Assembly (NCBI GenBank): GCA_017399945.1
Contig: JAFQAQ010000004.1
Span: 199,022 to 263,021, forward strand
Length of the DNA stretch: 64,000 bases
Reading direction: 5' to 3'
DNA from: Clostridia bacterium
GTDB taxonomy: Bacteria > Bacillota > Clostridia > Christensenellales > Borkfalkiaceae
Shown here: one piece after another, positions 62,795-64,000 of the stretch
Position numbering within the stretch: position 1 is the first letter of the stretch
Layout: each line of letters begins with the position of its first letter
Notes under the pieces: generated by a model
Databases searched by the model: none
The model's input: only the letters and a program-made list of their open reading frames with translations
What the model was told of the DNA's origin: nothing
Made by a program: the position numbers and the translations under genes

Positions 62795-62798
62795 TTAT

Positions 62799-62826
62799 AC
62801 TATAACACGGATTTTTTCAAAAGCAA
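62799..62826 (-). promoter_or_regulatory. putative promoter of the phage-like module (TTGCTT-16-TGtTATAGT extended -10)
   Basis: On the minus strand, TTGCTT is at 62826-62821, TGT at 62807-62805 and TATAGT at 62804-62799. The leader to the GAGGGAAG RBS and the terL ATG is very short. Confidence 0.4.
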
Positions 62827-62929
62827 TATCTATTAGTCACTTACCGTTCACGATTTTTAAAAATTTTTTTAGGTCAATATTTTAACGAAAAAGTTTCGTA
62901 AAGTTTTATAAAATAAAATCAAAGTTTAC

Positions 62930-62959
62930 TTGATTTTAATTTTTTATAAGGTATATAAT
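62930..62959 (+). promoter_or_regulatory. putative promoter of the MATE transporter gene (TTGATT-18-TATAAT)
   Basis: TTGATT at 62930-62935 and TATAAT at 62954-62959. An AAGGAAGGA RBS precedes the ATG at 62990. Confidence 0.45.
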
Positions 62960-62989
62960 GTTATTAGAAAATAAAAAAAGGAAGGAATT

Positions 62990-64000
62990 ATGGCGCACGC
63001 AGGACTGTTTAAGAAAAAAGACGTTGATATGACCGTTGGTTCTATCCCAAAACTTATTTTTGGGTTCTTTTTGCCAATGGTGCTTGGGCTGTTTTTACAA
63101 CAACTTTACCACGCTGTCGATATGATTATCGTTGGGCAATTTTGCACCTATCAAGAAATGAGCGCAGTTGGTGGCGTTGGTAGTATTACTAATACTTTCG
63201 TTCTTTTTTGTTCGGGTATTTCCATCGGCGCAGGCGTTGTAATTTCACAATATTACGGTAAGCACGACGGTGAAAACCTTAAAAAATCCGTTTCCTCCTC
63301 AATCGTTATTTCCCTTTTCTTGTCAGCCCTTATGACGGTTTTAGGTATGGCGTTATCTAGACCTTTATTACTAATGATGAAATCTAACGCGGACGTTATC
63401 GAGCACGCGACCTTATACCTACTTATTTATTTTGGTGGGGTTTCAAGTATTATATTATATAATATGTTATCTAGCATATTGCAAGCTGTTGGCGATTCTA
63501 CTAGACCACTTATTTATTTAGCAATAAGCTCCGCAGTAAATATCGTTTTAGACCTTGTTTTCGTTGCCGTGTTTAGATGGGGTGTCGTTGGGGCTGCAAT
63601 AGCCACCATTATCGCCCAATTCGTTTCGGCTGGTTGTGCTTTTTTCTATCTTGCTAAAAGCGATAAAGATTATAGAATCGACCTTAAAAACCTTAAACTA
63701 GATAAAAAGATAGGTAAAACTATTATACTTATTGGTCTTCCCACCGGTATTCAAAGTTCTATCACTGGTATTTCAAACACCTTTGTACATTCTTACATAA
63801 ACGTTTTTGGAACGAGTTACGAAGGCGGATACGCAGTTTATATTAAACTTGACCATTTAGTTACCGTGTTTGCAACTTCCTTTGGATATGCCCTCACTTC
63901 TTTCGTTGGGCAAAACGTTGGCGCAAACAACGTTAATCGTGCGTGCAAGGGTACGACCTTTACCGTCATAATGTCTTCTATTATCATATTTTTAGTTTCT
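62990..64000 (+). CDS. MATE family efflux transporter (5' part; continues beyond the window)
   Basis: Hand translation gives MAHAGLFKKKDVDMTVGSIPKLIFGFFLPMVLGLFLQQLYHAVDMIIVGQF..., a typical MATE N-terminus. The frame stays open to the window end. Confidence 0.8.
   Translation, partial: MAHAGLFKKKDVDMTVGSIPKLIFGFFLPMVLGLFLQQLYHAVDMIIVGQFCTYQEMSAVGGVGSITNTFVLFCSGISIGAGVVISQYYGKHDGENLKKSVSSSIVISLFLSALMTVLGMALSRPLLLMMKSNADVIEHATLYLLIYFGGVSSIILYNMLSSILQAVGDSTRPLIYLAISSAVNIVLDLVFVAVFRWGVVGAAIATIIAQFVSAGCAFFYLAKSDKDYRIDLKNLKLDKKIGKTIILIGLPTGIQSSITGISNTFVHSYINVFGTSYEGGYAVYIKLDHLVTVFATSFGYALTSFVGQNVGANNVNRACKGTTFTVIMSSIIIFLVS

Overview
This is a 64-kb chromosomal window from an AT-rich, anaerobic, probably spore-forming Firmicutes/Clostridia-like bacterium. 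That placement is inferred from gene content (fhs, spmA/spmB, reverse rubrerythrin, PerR-like Fur) and from the Firmicutes synteny ispG-(polC slot)-rimP-nusA-ylxR-ylxQ-infB-rbfA-nrnA-truB-ribF. Most genes lie on the minus strand.

Layout by coordinate:
- 1-4.8 kb: fhs (reading frame broken near its 5' end) and trkA-trkH.
- 4.9-21.4 kb: a carbohydrate-utilisation region. It holds two tandem sugar-phosphate isomerase/epimerase paralogs, a ROK kinase, SDR, flavin reductase, tRNA-Leu(GAG), GH3 beta-glucosidase, AraC regulator, DegV, three paralogous amidohydrolase-fold genes around a Cys-rich Gfo/Idh/MocA oxidoreductase, mannose-6-P isomerase, PfkB kinase and a SIS isomerase.
- 21.4-29.3 kb: housekeeping genes (cysK, rdgB, rsmA, tatD, metG, spmAB, putP).
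- 29.5-34.4 kb: a small accessory patch with two SH3b-like membrane-anchored proteins, a small regulator-like protein and a two-OB SSB-like protein.
- 34.4-39.2 kb: oxidative-stress and central-metabolism genes (pda, reverse rubrerythrin, Fur/PerR, fumC, a ferritin-like protein).
- 39.3-54.6 kb: malQ through the nusA/infB translation cluster and ispG.
- 54.7-62.8 kb: a compact 8-gene phage-derived head/packaging module with no integrase, replication, lysis, long-tail or receptor-binding genes.
- 62.99 kb onward: a partial MATE transporter gene.

The items I consider most worth a second look:
1. A ~350-nt hairpin-dense element at 6807-7158, closed by a perfect 13-bp helix, sitting between convergent genes.
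2. A chimeric element at 9660-9784 that reuses the last 20 nt of tRNA-Leu plus a copy of its terminator.
3. The orphan capsid/portal/terminase module at 54.7-62.8 kb.
4. A 511-aa PolC-like N-terminal/OB/exonuclease-only protein in the canonical polC position.

I saw no CRISPR array, IS/transposase or integrase ORF. Every call comes from reading the sequence and the ORF track. No searches or folding programs were run.
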